Made by a program: the position numbers and the translations under genes. The notes under the pieces were generated by a model. The model was given only the letters and a program-made list of their open reading frames with translations. It did not search any database and was not told the origin of the DNA. A stretch of 63,844 nt of DNA, filler included, from Choristocarpus tenellus KU-1152 (Eukaryota > Protista > Phaeophyceae): NCBI GenBank assembly GCA_964200185.2. It is 10 parts of 10 records of this genome, joined end to end, with 100 filler letters (N's around TTAATTAATTAA, not from the genome) between each part and the next. Parts side by side here need not be neighbours in the genome. Positions count along the whole stretch, not along the records: positions 1 to 7,079 come from CAXNAD020006742.1; positions 7,180 to 11,255 come from CAXNAD020016346.1; positions 11,356 to 27,689 come from CAXNAD020000840.1; 7 more parts are not named here. One strand, 5' to 3'. Positions 1 through 11,799 of the stretch are shown here, one piece after another; position 1 is the first letter of the stretch, and each line of letters begins with the position of its first letter.

Positions 1-40
1 CCAAATGGACGCGGCGCTACCCTTTAAGATACTTTGGATC
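1..40 (-). mobile_element. MITE family A, left terminus only (cut by window start)
   Basis: Reverse complement GATCCAAAGTATCTTAAAGGGTAGCGCCGCGTCCATTTGG matches the left end of the copy at 6619 (CAAAGTATCTTAAAGGGTGGAGCCACGTCCATTTGG). Confidence 0.75.
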
Positions 41-792
41 TCCTCAGAGAATAGCATGTGACAAAGATGCTGCTTCCTTCCCCGACAGTGCCATCATATA
101 CAATAGGATAACACTGAAGAGTTGATATACAACACACTTGCATCTTTGGACTGTTGTGGAAACAGGGACTCCTATTAGCTCTCCCTGAAATTTCACAAGT
201 GGGACTGTAAATATAGATACGTATACTTCAATGGCAATCCACAATTAAATCAAATAATGTTCAGACCAAATATGAAAATATACGATACAATCAGAACCAG
301 ATGAGGTTACAAATTCATTAAAGTATTCCTGTGCCCAAATCAACTGAGAAGAGCCAGGATAACGTTTTCAGGGACACAAGCAGACTTCAATCCTTAAAAC
401 AATTAAAGGAGCACATTTGGCAGTACGTACGGCACCATTTCACTACCCTGACTTTGACCATTTTCTACTCCTCATGAGCATGGGTCATTGCTACAATTGA
501 AAAGGCGACCGGTTAGACATTCCACCTAAATCAATAAGGCGACTAGCCATAGCTCTTGAAATTAAGTCCATCATCGCTACTCTTAGTGAGAACATTGTCT
601 AGAGCTCTATGTACCGCCCTCATTTCCTCCTGGCGACTATGTTCCGAACCAACTACAGTTGCATAAATAAGGTCATCTGTGCAAAAAATCTCAAATAGGG
701 CAACATTTCATGTCATCCTCGGGAAAAAAAGGCAAAAATAAATGCCACTCGGAACAGTGGTAAAAGGGTTAACAGGAAGCAATTCGAATCTC

Positions 793-2507
793 TTACCTAT
801 TGAAGTTATATACTGAGTGCATGGTAGATTCCATCTTAGCTGCGATCAAGGGGTTGGGAGACAAAAATGCAGCAATCCTTGCCATCTGCCCAGGATCGTC
901 TTGCACCTGGTAACGGAAGCAATCCACAAAGTTGGAATCCATCCGCAAGAACATCCACCACATGGCATTAGCATTCAAAGTGAGGATGCGTGACTCGGCC
1001 ATGTAGGTCCCAAATGGCCTGTTAACATTCACAGACCTACGCAGAAATGAGGATGGCGGGAGAAGGGGTGCAAGGGTGATGGAATGCAGTAGGTTGCTTC
1101 TTGGTCGAGAACGAAACAGGAAATCCCTTGGGGAAGGATGTCGAGGGAGTTTCTGACAGATATGTTCAGCAAGGCCCTACGAAGTTGTTTCCAGCAGAGG
1201 TACTGCTTGTGCCCCAAGATCAATGACCACGGCCATCATATTCCATTAGCATCAGGACACATAATTTGTTGTCGTGATTGAGCGGGAAAAGCTGACAAAG
1301 CGAGGACAGCGTGATTCAGAAAAAAAAGCAAGACATCTGGGGTATAAACAATCTTTCGCCTAGATCCACTCTGCATATGGTATCGTTCAGAGCGAGATAA
1401 TAAGTTATCCAAGATTTTTTTTCTTCCTGGCTATGAATATGTCCATAGCATCTACATTATGGACGAGCCAGGTTGCAGTGTTGATTGCCGCCACCACTTC
1501 AAAATACAGCTACAGCCACAGAATAATCTAGATCTTCAATTCCTCATTACTTGACCTTCCCTACAATATCAATGAACTAGGAGTGATTGGGGCGTTGCAC
1601 CTCTATCTGCCAACCTTAAATTAGGGTCAACAGGATCCTGACTCGTGTAGTCAAGATCCACGAAGAAACGAAATGTACCTCCTACCGAGCCACACATTCA
1701 CCACCATAATCATGCGAAGTACACCTCTAGTCGACCAAATATATTAATACATACAACCTCCCACCTGAGAATATCTTGGGGATCTCGCTGGAGATATACA
1801 ATACGCAGGTCAAGACCCTTGTCCTCAGCCATCTCTGCTAACAATCGCATGTTAACGTACTGCGTGGCCTTCTTTGGCCCCCAAAAGTTCGGGAACGACA
1901 TCATACCCGGGCTCCCCTTTCCTGTTCCCAGGCCTGTGCGTAACCCCCTGCAATTCACCAACCCATTGACTGGAATAACGAGCCCCCCAGGACCCTCCAA
2001 CTCGTTTCCTTGTTCCTCCAGCTCCCTTTCAAGTTCCTGCAACTGGTCCAAGGCTGCCTCGATCTTCCTGATCTCACCCTCGTACTCGTCCAAAGTCCTG
2101 GAAGTGGCCAGACCGGGATAAAACCCTGTCGTCAAATCACAGTGAGACCTACACCATCCATTCCCCTCGCAGTTCAGGGCTACATTGTGGAAAAAGTGGT
2201 GTCCTGTCCCCTCCAGTCCGGCAAAGAACACGAGTCGTAGTGTACTGCTGAATGCTGTCTTTTGGAGCACCGAAATGGCAGGATCATCATTTCTACTCAG
2301 TATGAAACCTCTCTCTCCAAAAACGGATTGTGCTGAGAGATTCAAGTACGCCACTCCCCCCCAACAAACTAATGAAAATCCCAAGATTATGACGAGAAAG
2401 GCCAGTCGTGTAGGCCCCTTTAGCTTCCTTCTACCCGTGCTGTAGGAGTGAGTCGAAGAAGGGGAAAGACCAAGTTTCTCATCTACCAGTTCCCACCCAC
2501 TCTGCAT
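793..2507 (-). CDS. Sulfotransferase-like (P-loop) type II membrane protein; exons 2507-1765 and 1036-793 (~328 aa, possibly one more 3' exon)
   Basis: N-terminal TM helix (LAFLVIILGFSLVCWGGVAYL), PAPS-loop-like FFAGLEGTGHH, and LRIVYLQRDP. GT donor at 1764 and AG acceptor at 1037 join in frame (DILR|SVNVNRPF); 987 nt total. A strong donor AG|GTAAGA at 797/796 overlaps the stop, so the gene may continue. Confidence 0.7.
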
Positions 2508-3344
2508 ATCATATCAGGAGGATGGAGGTTGTTGAGGAACACACACAAATAATGTTGTGGTGTGAGGTACTAACAGTGTTTCAAACTTGATGGAACTATT
2601 GTTGATCGTCTTCTTACTCAAAACATAACTATTGATCATTCGATCGATAAATTTGATGTCTTTCGAACATTGTATAGTAACAGTTCCACTATCTATATAC
2701 ATGAACTGGGGAAATGATAGCAATAAAATAATAATTACCGACTTCCTCTTTGATTGATTGACAAACTATATATTTTTTTTGAGTGGACGATTGTTCTGTT
2801 CTATTTATAATCTCGTTCTATTCCTCCTACTTGGATGAGCCGTTTGTCTCCACCATTAACTATTCTCTCACCTTTCTTACTTGATCATTATTACCACGAT
2901 CAATGGAATGTGAATAATACCTATGCATATATAATCTCAGTAAATATATACTCTTCACCAAGCTTTTATATTGGGTGGGGTAGTTACCATGTTCACTATG
3001 TGTTGACCATATGACTCTGGACTGCTCCATCGCGTAGTCATGTTGAAACGGTCAATGTCAATCCACTTGTGTGCGAACTTGGTAATAGACGGAGTAGAGG
3101 TCAATTGAGTAGCGACAACGATGGAATCTGTTACGTAGAATATATTATCTATGGTCCGCGAGGTTATTTTTTTGCAGTGAGTGGTGGTGGTGGGAAAGTT
3201 TATGTTGTAAGCACCTCTCCCTATTTATCATCCACTATAGTTATGATTTGTGTGATTTCTGTGGCGGCGTGGTTCCCTCAGGTAAGGGTGGCGAAGAGAA
3301 TCACCAGGCGAGACGGTCAGTCGGCAATAACGGTGTAACAACAA

Positions 3345-3900
3345 ACAAACATGCTTTCGACATAGTTCTGTTTTGATTTGGTCACGAATCTGGATTTATT
3401 ATTATTCTTTGTTTGCATTTCACCTTTTCTACCCCCCCATTGTGACCAACCAGTGGGTTTCCTCTGTCACTGACTTCCAGCCACCAGCCTAACTCCTGAC
3501 CAACCCGCACGAAACCCCCTTCGCCACTTATTTCCAGTCACCAACCACATTCAATGACCAACCAGTGCAAACCCCCTTCGCCACGGATTTCCAGTGACAA
3601 CCTACATTCAATGACCACCAGTGAGACCCCTTCACCACTGATTTCCAGTCACGAACCACATTCAATGACCAACCAGTGCGAACCCCCTTCGCCACGGATT
3701 TCCAGTCACGAACCACATTCAATGACCAACCAGTGCAACCCCGTCGCCGCTAATTTCCAGTTACCACCGCTTTCCACTCCACCCCACCATTCAACCCCAC
3801 TCAACCCCACACCATTTCAACACTACTCGACACCACTCCACAATAATCCACAAGAACACCCCTTCATCATCCAGTCCACTTCAATACCGTGCCTTTGAAC
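3345..3900 (+). repeat. Dispersed repeat family E containing a ~57-bp tandem array (6 units, ~3443-3770)
   Basis: Unit TGACCAACCAGTGCGAACCCCCTTCGCCACGGATTTCCAGTCACGAACCACATTCAA. The array and both flanks align to the reverse complement of 56296-56745. Confidence 0.85.
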
Positions 3901-4254
3901 TAGAAGGTATCTACCCCACCTGAACTTGACCTCCCCCTTCCCTGTTCCCCAGCATCCCAGTCAGTCATGAGCAATCGAAAGGGTGAGTGGGTGGGAAAGA
4001 TTGCTCGGAGACCTTGTTCTATGCTTGCTTATCCTGTCCCACCAAACTCAAGTTTTCCTTATGTTATCATCCATCCCTTCGTACTTCATGCTTCCACCTA
4101 CCACCCATTTATTTTAACCTCTCCTTCCTCTTCTACCTCCTAGCCACCTAGTACTTACCTCTTCGTCCACCTTCTCATTATTTTATTTTTGCGCTAATCA
4201 GCACTCAATTTCTCCTGGCTGGAAAACTTAGATTACTTCATAAACTTCCCCAAT

Positions 4255-4400
4255 ATATATTATTCCCTCTGACATTTTGCAAATAGATGTGGGGCAGGGA
4301 AAGAACCAAACTAATATCAGTCACAACGGTCCCCCTAAAAGTAACTGTTATCGGAAAATGTGAAAGATATCCTGTTGTAACTGTTACTGCAACAAATAAA
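4255..4400 (-). mobile_element. 5'-truncated 3' tail of CRE-like non-LTR retrotransposon
   Basis: TATTATTCCCTCTGACATTTTGC...AAATGTGAAAGA matches the reverse complement of the 3' UTR at 24150-24290. Confidence 0.65.
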
Positions 4401-5399
4401 TGCAATGTATATATATTCATATTTCTATGTTCTTTCTACTTTATTCATTTAGGGAGTGAAAAATTCAAAATTGAATATGAAAATACACGGTTGTGTGTTG
4501 TGTGTTGTATGTTGTGTGTTTGGGTGGTTGAGGTGGTTCGTGACTTTCAAGACGTATTTTGACATTTTACATTATATTTGAAGGTCGTAGGCAGAGTCAA
4601 ATGTTTTAAAAGGGAATATTAAACAAATCACACATATATCCCTCCTAACATTCTCGCTTCATGTACGGTGTGTACTTCATGATTTCGAACAAAGCAAGCC
4701 CAGAGAAAAATTGAAGGAGTGCTACATGTACATAATGGAGTATTGCTTAGCCTTTACTATACATATTTTTTTCAGCGTTAACTAGTACAACATATTAAAC
4801 ATGGTCTGGATCTGCCAGATAAAAGACAGATCGATATATAATCGAGCACGGACCAGTACAATTTCCCGGTTGACATGGTCCTGATATGCTAAAGAATTCT
4901 AAACCTATTCCTGCTGGCAGAAGACGTGGATGACCGCAATACGGAATGGACATGGTCCAGACATGATAGAGAATATTTGACCCAATGTGACCTACACAAA
5001 TGGGCTGGTTGAACACCTAGTGGACATGGACTGGGTTGTGTCAAATACTCGTGGGACAGGTCTGGACGGTGGATGGGACCATATAATAATTTTGTGGACA
5101 GGTGAAAAGTCCTGATAGGATGGAGCGATGGGTTGAAAGTCAGCGAACGTACAGTCCCGAAAGGATGACCAAAAGTTTTTTTCCAAAACGACCTCACGCA
5201 AATATCCCCTGGATTTGAATGAAGATTTACCAAGGACCAGTTGTCACTCTACGATCATGTCAGTTAAACAAACATACAAACTGTAATGGTGCATGTCAAA
5301 CTGTTGATACAGTGTTGTACATAGTACAACTACCTCCTCCGTAGACACAGAGGTTTACTATTGTTCTAACACTACCATGGCAACCTCTGAGCAATCTTT

Positions 5400-6580
5400 C
5401 CAAGAGTATGACAGAACAAAGGAGTAAGGAAGTATTGAACCACCCATCGATGTTGGAGGGCCATGTAGGAAGAACAAATAAAAAAGAGAAGAGGGGAAAG
5501 AAAAGAGAGTCGAGGGAGTTGAAGAAGTAAAGGGATCTATGGAAGAGAGCAATCAATGGATAGATATGGTGACTAACAGGGTACAGGAGGATACCAAGAG
5601 CGAGCTGGTCAGAAGAGACAACCAAAACCGATGAGGGTGAGGGAAAGGAAACGGGGATGGGGAAGCAGATCAAAGAAAGGGTGGGGTCGATATCAGCGGC
5701 ACAAGAAATGACCAGCGAAACCTCTTTAAGAATGTAGCTGATCTATTGAAAGGACTGAACCAAACTATGACGATGTTTGGAGACAAAAATAGGAACCGCC
5801 CCCTTTTCTAATATGACATGAGCACACTGAACAAGTGGGGAGAAGGATTTCCAAGGGGATAGGAGAATTCTCATCCCTTGCGGAAAGGATGAAGGAGAAA
5901 ACAACGACTCAAGTTTGGAGAAGAACCAATGCTAGGAGATACTACATACTGGTGGGGTATGCCCCTCTCTTTCTCCACAGAGGGAGGGTGTCCTCAATAC
6001 AGGAAGATTTACAGCACATTCTTGACAAGACAGCCGACATCACAGAGGAGATCGGGGACAATTGAGCCAACTGACGGCATTCGGCATCAAAGAGTTTATC
6101 CCTAATGGAGAAATGTTAAGGTCCACTAGCAAGGCGGACTATGTCATGCCGGACAACCTTGATTGTTTTATGGCGACAATGGTTAATATATGTGGCTCTT
6201 GGGAGGCATGGAAGACGGGACATAGTAGGACAACTGAGGTCATAGAAGAACTGGAGGGGGTGAGAACGAAGGTGCGAACACCTTATGGCTAGAGTCTAAT
6301 GAACCAGTATTGATTGATTGATCATCCGAGACTCGTAGACCTGGTATATCAAGCAGTGGGGGAAGACCTAGACGCATGGACCAAAGAACTATCACGGGCA
6401 GCACATATATGAGGCCACAAATATGTTGCACCTCCGGACCTGGACATGTGACTCCCCTCCTCTTGTTGCCACATTTTACAGTCCTGGACTCCACCTTGGT
6501 CCAGGCTAGGAGCATGCTGGCATCTTTGCACGGCATGGAATCTAGATCAAGGTCAAAAAAGAGGGTAGGCACTGTTGAAT
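5400..6580 (+). pseudogene. Decayed ORF remnant, probably mobile-element derived; product unknown
   Basis: Purine-rich, protein-like stretches broken by stops and frameshifts (e.g. LIDHPRLVDLVYQAVGEDLDAWTKELSRAAHI*). No motif recognised. Confidence 0.3.
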
Positions 6581-6618
6581 AACCTGGTACTATCCTTACG
6601 TTTTATGTGCTGATCAGC

Positions 6619-6878
6619 CAAACAAAGTATCTTAAAGGGTGGAGCCACGTCCATTTGGGGTCCAAAATCCCATGTTACGATTTTGATGTAATTTTGGTCA
6701 TCGTGTTCGTTAGGAAGTTGTCAATATCCATGTCCTGGAAACATCTTTTCATTACGTATATATATTACCTACTCCGAAACATTTTGGAGCAGGAAAATGC
6801 CACAAAAAAAAACATGGGAAGGCAAGCCCCAAATGGACAAACAGGGCAAAACTCGTACCCTCTAAGGTACTTTCACTC
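6619..6878 (+). mobile_element. MITE family A (~260 bp)
   Basis: Inverted termini AAAGTATCTTAAAGGGT / ACCCTCTAAGGTACTTT with subterminal GTCCATTTGG / CCAAATGGAC. Collinear with 30266-30526 and 31592-31848. Confidence 0.85.
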
Positions 6879-7009
6879 TCATACAAGTATATAACAACGT
6901 AGATTTAATTTACGTTTATTTTTGGCTTGACACAATGCAAAGCTGTAACTTGCAAAACGGTATAATGAGTAGCGGTATGATGAGTCAGTGTTTTTTTCAT
7001 ACGTCAGTT

Positions 7010-7079
7010 ATATTTTATTATTATGCCCTCTGACATTTTGCAGATGTGTCAGGGGAAAACCAATGAAAACTATATACAT
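7010..7079 (-). mobile_element. CRE-like non-LTR 3' tail (contig breaks inside it)
   Basis: TTATTATGCCCTCTGACATTTTGCAGATGTGTCAGGGGAAAA, the reverse complement of the hairpin at 24245-24285. Confidence 0.75.
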
Positions 7080-7179
7080 NNNNNNNNNNNNNNNNNNNNN
7101 NNNNNNNNNNNNNNNNNNNNNNNTTAATTAATTAANNNNNNNNNNNNNNNNNNNNNNNNNNNNNNNNNNNNNNNNNNNN
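7080..7179. other. Artificial contig spacer N44-TTAATTAATTAA-N44 (also 11256-11355, 27690-27789, 30820-30919, 34954-35053, 38664-38763, 48107-48206, 56196-56295, 60428-60527)
   Basis: Identical 100-nt construct nine times, with stop codons in all six frames. Confidence 0.98.
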
Positions 7180-7562
7180 CCCATAGGGAGTCAGTCTTAG
7201 GGGTGGTGACATGGGGGAAAAGTAGTGGAGCTTGAAGGCGGGCAGCTAATGAAGCTTCATCAATAATACCCAAAAATATGTATTAATATGTGGAGTTTGG
7301 AGATGAGATTTCATTCTAAGAAGTTTTAATGTGGTTTCGAATTCGGGAAATCCAATAATATACTGAGTATTAATAGATCTGTTGTGCTCATATGATATTC
7401 CAATACTTCACAAAATTCGATATTTCTGTGTTCCAGTGTGATATGTAGTGCGAAAATAGTTCCTTCCCCAATATTTATATTATTTAAATATTGTAGTATA
7501 ATCATAAACTTGCATCTTTATGTAATGAGAGTCAACGTCCAATCCTGTCATATATATATTTT

Positions 7563-7700
7563 ACTATTATGCCCTCTGACATTTTGGAGATGTGTTCTGG
7601 GAAAAACCATTCAGGTGTCAGAAAAATCCCTAAACAGTTCCCGTAAATGTGAAAGACAAATCAATTTACTATTTTACTACAAGGTATGCTGCACCTATAT
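7563..7700 (-). mobile_element. CRE-like non-LTR 3' tail, 5'-truncated
   Basis: TATTATGCCCTCTGACATTTTGG...AAATGTGAAAGACAAATCAATTTACTATTTTACTAC aligns with the reverse complement of 24130-24285. Confidence 0.75.
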
Positions 7701-8501
7701 TGTTTGATATGTCGGGGATTCCACCCATCTCTGTTCTGAGGTGTTACACACTGAACTATGTTAATAGTATGATACTCCTCATCATGCTAACTACACACTG
7801 ATGTTATCTGTTACACTACGACTAATTACACTCCTTGCGTTCTTGCCTTTGCTTCTCACACGTTGGGTTCAGCACTCTCACTACTCGTCGTTCAATCTCC
7901 TACCTCGAATCTTCTGTTAGACCTGCCCTGAAGTTTCCATCTTGATGGTTAGGGTGCTGCGTTTTTGTAGTATACGAATAGAGAGAATACACAGGACGGG
8001 TGTAGTTCTATGAACAATCCGTTCACACATGAAAAAGTATAATTGTAACCAGACTTCTGTGAAAAGATGTGTGGCGTCGAAGGGGTTCGAACCTTCGAAG
8101 TTAATTTGGGTAGCCCGTACTATGTTGTACCTTCACTTGGATCTATTGCGAAGTATCAATTTCTATTCTATTGCCATATATTTTATTTTGAGAAACATGT
8201 ACGTTGCAAGTTTCGGTACTATTTTTCAGACGTCGAGAGATGATTTCCGAGTTTCAAATGGACCTCTATAGAGCACTTTAGTACATTGTACCTGGTTTGT
8301 GGCTGCCACCATTGAAGAGCAACACCCCACAGCTGGTACTACCATCACAGTACCTCAATCATCTCACTGGTTGACTCGTGGGTAGTTCCAGAGATATAGT
8401 GCACCAGTTCTGTCGTTGTGTCCACTTCTACATTACTATACTTTTGTTGACATTGCACTAGTTCCCGATTAGAGCTTACTCCACTCTCCCCTCAAGAAGC
8501 T

Positions 8502-11255
8502 ATGGCTGAGATCACTGTTAACGTTAGGTGTTCAAATGGCGAGAAGTTTTCCACGCAGGTGAGAATCGAGTTGCTTGATATTCGGGGTCACTGAGTGAGG
8601 TTGAGATGCTTGCTATCTCTACCACTCGACGAAGTCAACCCCAGTAATGGTCGTTATCCCACAACGCTGTCTACCGGTACTTTAGAACTTTGTATCTTAT
8701 ATGCCATGGCTGTGATTCTCTAGTGTTCCCATCTGTGTGCTGTACATGTCGGCAAGTATTGATCGAAACGATGCGAAGCGGTCGTATGTCGGTACCTCAA
8801 GAGCACTTCTCGGACACTATGTTTTGCAGGTGGATCCAGCGATTACCATACTGGCCTTCAAAGAAAAGATCGCAGACCAAGCAGCCGTATCACCGGACCT
8901 GCAGCGCCTCATTTTCAAAGGGCGTGTGATGAAGGATGAGGAATCATTGGCGAGCTACAGTAAGTTTGCTTTGGCGGTGCTTTTGGACATGAATCTCCTC
9001 TTGACACTTTGAAGTGATTTGGTGTTAATTTCCGTGATTTTCGGTGGGACTTCCTGTATCGATTAATCGATGTATTGTACGGCCCCCGTATAGGCGTGTT
9101 CAAAGAAACCTCTTTGTGTTCTGGATTGCCTTATTTCAACCCGATCATACTCTGTTCCCCGCTGGCGTCGTCCGTCGTTGTCCTGAACTTACACAAGCTG
9201 TGGAGGCGGATAGCACTGTCCATCTTGTCCGCTCCCGTACTGCGGCGGCACCCCCCCCCCCTGCAGCAGCGGCCGCAACAACTTCAGGTTCAACCCCCTC
9301 CACTCCGTTTGGAACATTCCCTGGGTTCGGTGGAGTAGGTGGTGGGTCAGGGGCACCAACAGGGGCACCTGGAGCTGCGCCACCAAATCCTTTTGCCGCG
9401 ATGATGGGTGGAGCTGGGGCAGGGGGAATACCTGATGTTACTCGAATGCAGCAGCAGCTCATGTCCAACCCTGATATGATGGCAAACATCATGAACTCAC
9501 CAATGATGGAGGTTTGTATGACCGTAATTCTGTAATGTGGGTGTAGTGATCAGGTACTGAGTCTCAGAGGAAGTGTTTCGATGTGTAATGCCAGTTTAGA
9601 TGCCTCATTATCCTGGTCATTTTTCTGGATTTGCAAGCTTTAGTGAGCCCCCATTAATGTTTATTCTTGTCACTGACTTGCATAATGGCATACTTATCTA
9701 CTCTCCTCCGCTCTCTTTTGCTGCTGCAGTCTATGCTCAATAATCCGGAGATGCTGCGCAACCTTATGTTCAGTAACCCACAGATGCGCCAGGTCAGTGA
9801 ACATACCATCAATGCATAGTATTGGACCTCTTTGACAAAATATGCCATTCATCAATCTGCAAAGGTTCAAACTTTCCGCACAATTGATTTTCTTTCATGC
9901 ACTGGCTGTACTGCAGGTGATGCAGAATAACCCCCAGCTGGCACACGTTCTCAATGACCCAAATGTCATGCGCCAGACTCTCGATATGATGCGCAATCCA
10001 GAGGTGGGCAACCCCCCTATAAGTTGATGGGGACAGAAGGGGGTGGGAGGGGATAAGGTGGGGATATGAGCAAGGTCATGCCATGTTAGAGGAATGAATT
10101 ATGTTTATTTGAGGATTAAGCTGATGGCTGCTTGGGATGATCAAAGAAATGGTAGGATTTTGTAGTACTGAACTTCAATTCAAACTTGATGTACTTGACA
10201 CTCCGACATGATACATTGATGTTATATGCTGCTTGGCGACAACACCTTGGAATCACCTTTGAAGCTTGTAATCACCTAATGAGTAGATTCCTCATGCTGA
10301 TTGACTTTTCCCTTTTAGAGCAGAGTTGGTGGACCTCCATGGATTTTTCTGTTCAGCCTTACCCACTACATTCATTTGCATTATTCCCTTCTCTCCAGGC
10401 TATGCGTCAAGCCATGCGAAGCCAAGACTTGGCCATGAGTCACATTGAAAACCATCCAGAGGGATTCAATGCTCTTCGAAGAATGTATCAGGTGGTTATT
10501 TTACTGTTAAATGTTAAAGAAACCTTTGCTCATACCTATCGATTATGTTATCAGCATTCTATCACTTCTTACGTTTCTGATGTAGGACTGAATAGATACA
10601 TGGTAATTACAAGAGAATAGGTGAGACTTTTTTGGGTCATTGGAGCTGAGGTAGAGGTGAGGTAGTTCCCAATAGGCTAGGAATTTCCCAGAGAGCCACA
10701 GTGTCTGGCAGGAGGTGCCAATCATCCTTTTTGGGGGGCTCAGATCGTTGACATTGTCATTTTTTGCTGTCCTTGAACAGGATGTACAAGAGCCTATGAT
10801 GCAGGCTATGAGTAACCCTGGTGTGAGTGAGGATACCCCAAATTCTACTGGAACATCTCAGTCAACAACACCCTCGGCAGGTCCCAATACATCTGCCCTC
10901 CCAAACCCATGGGCTGCTCCAGGAGCCTCAGGGTGAGAGATTTGCTCATTGCAAAACATGTTCTCACTGATTTTCTCCAGTGCATATTGTTAGTGTTTTA
11001 ACTACTAGGAGCAGGTAGCAAAGTGTCTTAGAGTTCTGTTACCCCATTCTGCCTATCTTATCTTACACAACTCTGAGTACCCTTTCAAATGAACTGCCCT
11101 GACTTCTTGAAAATTTAATTTGATGATACCCATCTAAAACTATTGTAATGCCTGAATCCAGTTCATCTGCAGAGACCGGAGGCACCACTCCAGGAGTAGG
11201 TACATCTAACCCTTGGGCATCTCTTGGGGGGGGTGGGGGAATGCCGGGTATGGGA
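8502..11255 (+). CDS. UBQLN: Ubiquilin / DSK2 (UBL + STI1 repeats; C-terminal UBA missing at contig end). Exons 8502-8558, 8830-8959, 9198-9511, 9730-9792, 9917-10003, 10399-10491, 10781-10932, 11162-11255+
   Basis: Spliced UBL: MAEITVNVRCSNGEKF...QRLIFKGRVMKDEESLASY...TVHLVR. STI1 motifs NPDMMANIMNSP, NPEMLRNLMFSNPQMRQ, DLAMSHIENHPEGFNALRRMY and LPNPW. All introns GT-AG with consistent phase. Confidence 0.93.
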
Positions 11256-11799
11256 NNNNNNNNNNNNNNNNNNNNNNNNNNNNNNNNNNNNNNNNNNNNT
11301 TAATTAATTAANNNNNNNNNNNNNNNNNNNNNNNNNNNNNNNNNNNNNNNNNNNNTTTTTTTTTTTTTGTTTTTGGGGGGGGGGGGGGGGGGGGGGGGGG
11401 AGGGGTGCGGGCATCCCTTCCTCTCACCCCTTACGACCCACGAGTTTGTTTCCTCATAGCACACACCTCTTACAGAAAGGTATGATACTTCAGAAGGTAG
11501 GATACTGACCCTGACCCTGACCCTAACACTAACACTAACACTAAAATCAAATTATTGTCATACACCAGTAGTAGCACCAAAATTTCTAAACACACCTAAG
11601 AACAAAAAATGAGCTAAAACATGAGGGTGATTTCTGCGAAAGGCAGTATGACTGTGCTCATCACGTTCAGGAACCATCTGTTTGAAATCGCACAAATTTA
11701 AAAAGTTAACTAAAATAGGGTTAACTACAGGCAGAAGTGGAAAAAAATATATGGTAACTTTTAACTATTTCTGGCGGAGAAACTGTTCACTCAACTCAC

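Noticed and set aside
3443-3770. CRISPR array
   Set aside because: Units are homologous along their whole 57 bp with no unique spacers, there are no cas genes, and the context is eukaryotic. The same applies to 56363-56580.
6631-6640. Kolobok/piggyBac assignment from TTAA-AGGG
   Set aside because: Inverted-repeat conservation extends ~12 bp beyond the TTAA and the opposite end reads CTAA, so TTAA is not the target duplication.
6607-6894. ORFs over MITE copies (also 31600-31890, 30566-30871, 58254-58571) as a small protein family
   Set aside because: The similarity comes from the non-coding repeat; frames are not conserved between copies.
7080-7179. Recurrent TTAATTAATTAA motif and any gene clustering across it
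   Set aside because: Artificial concatenation spacer; adjacent contigs need not be neighbours.
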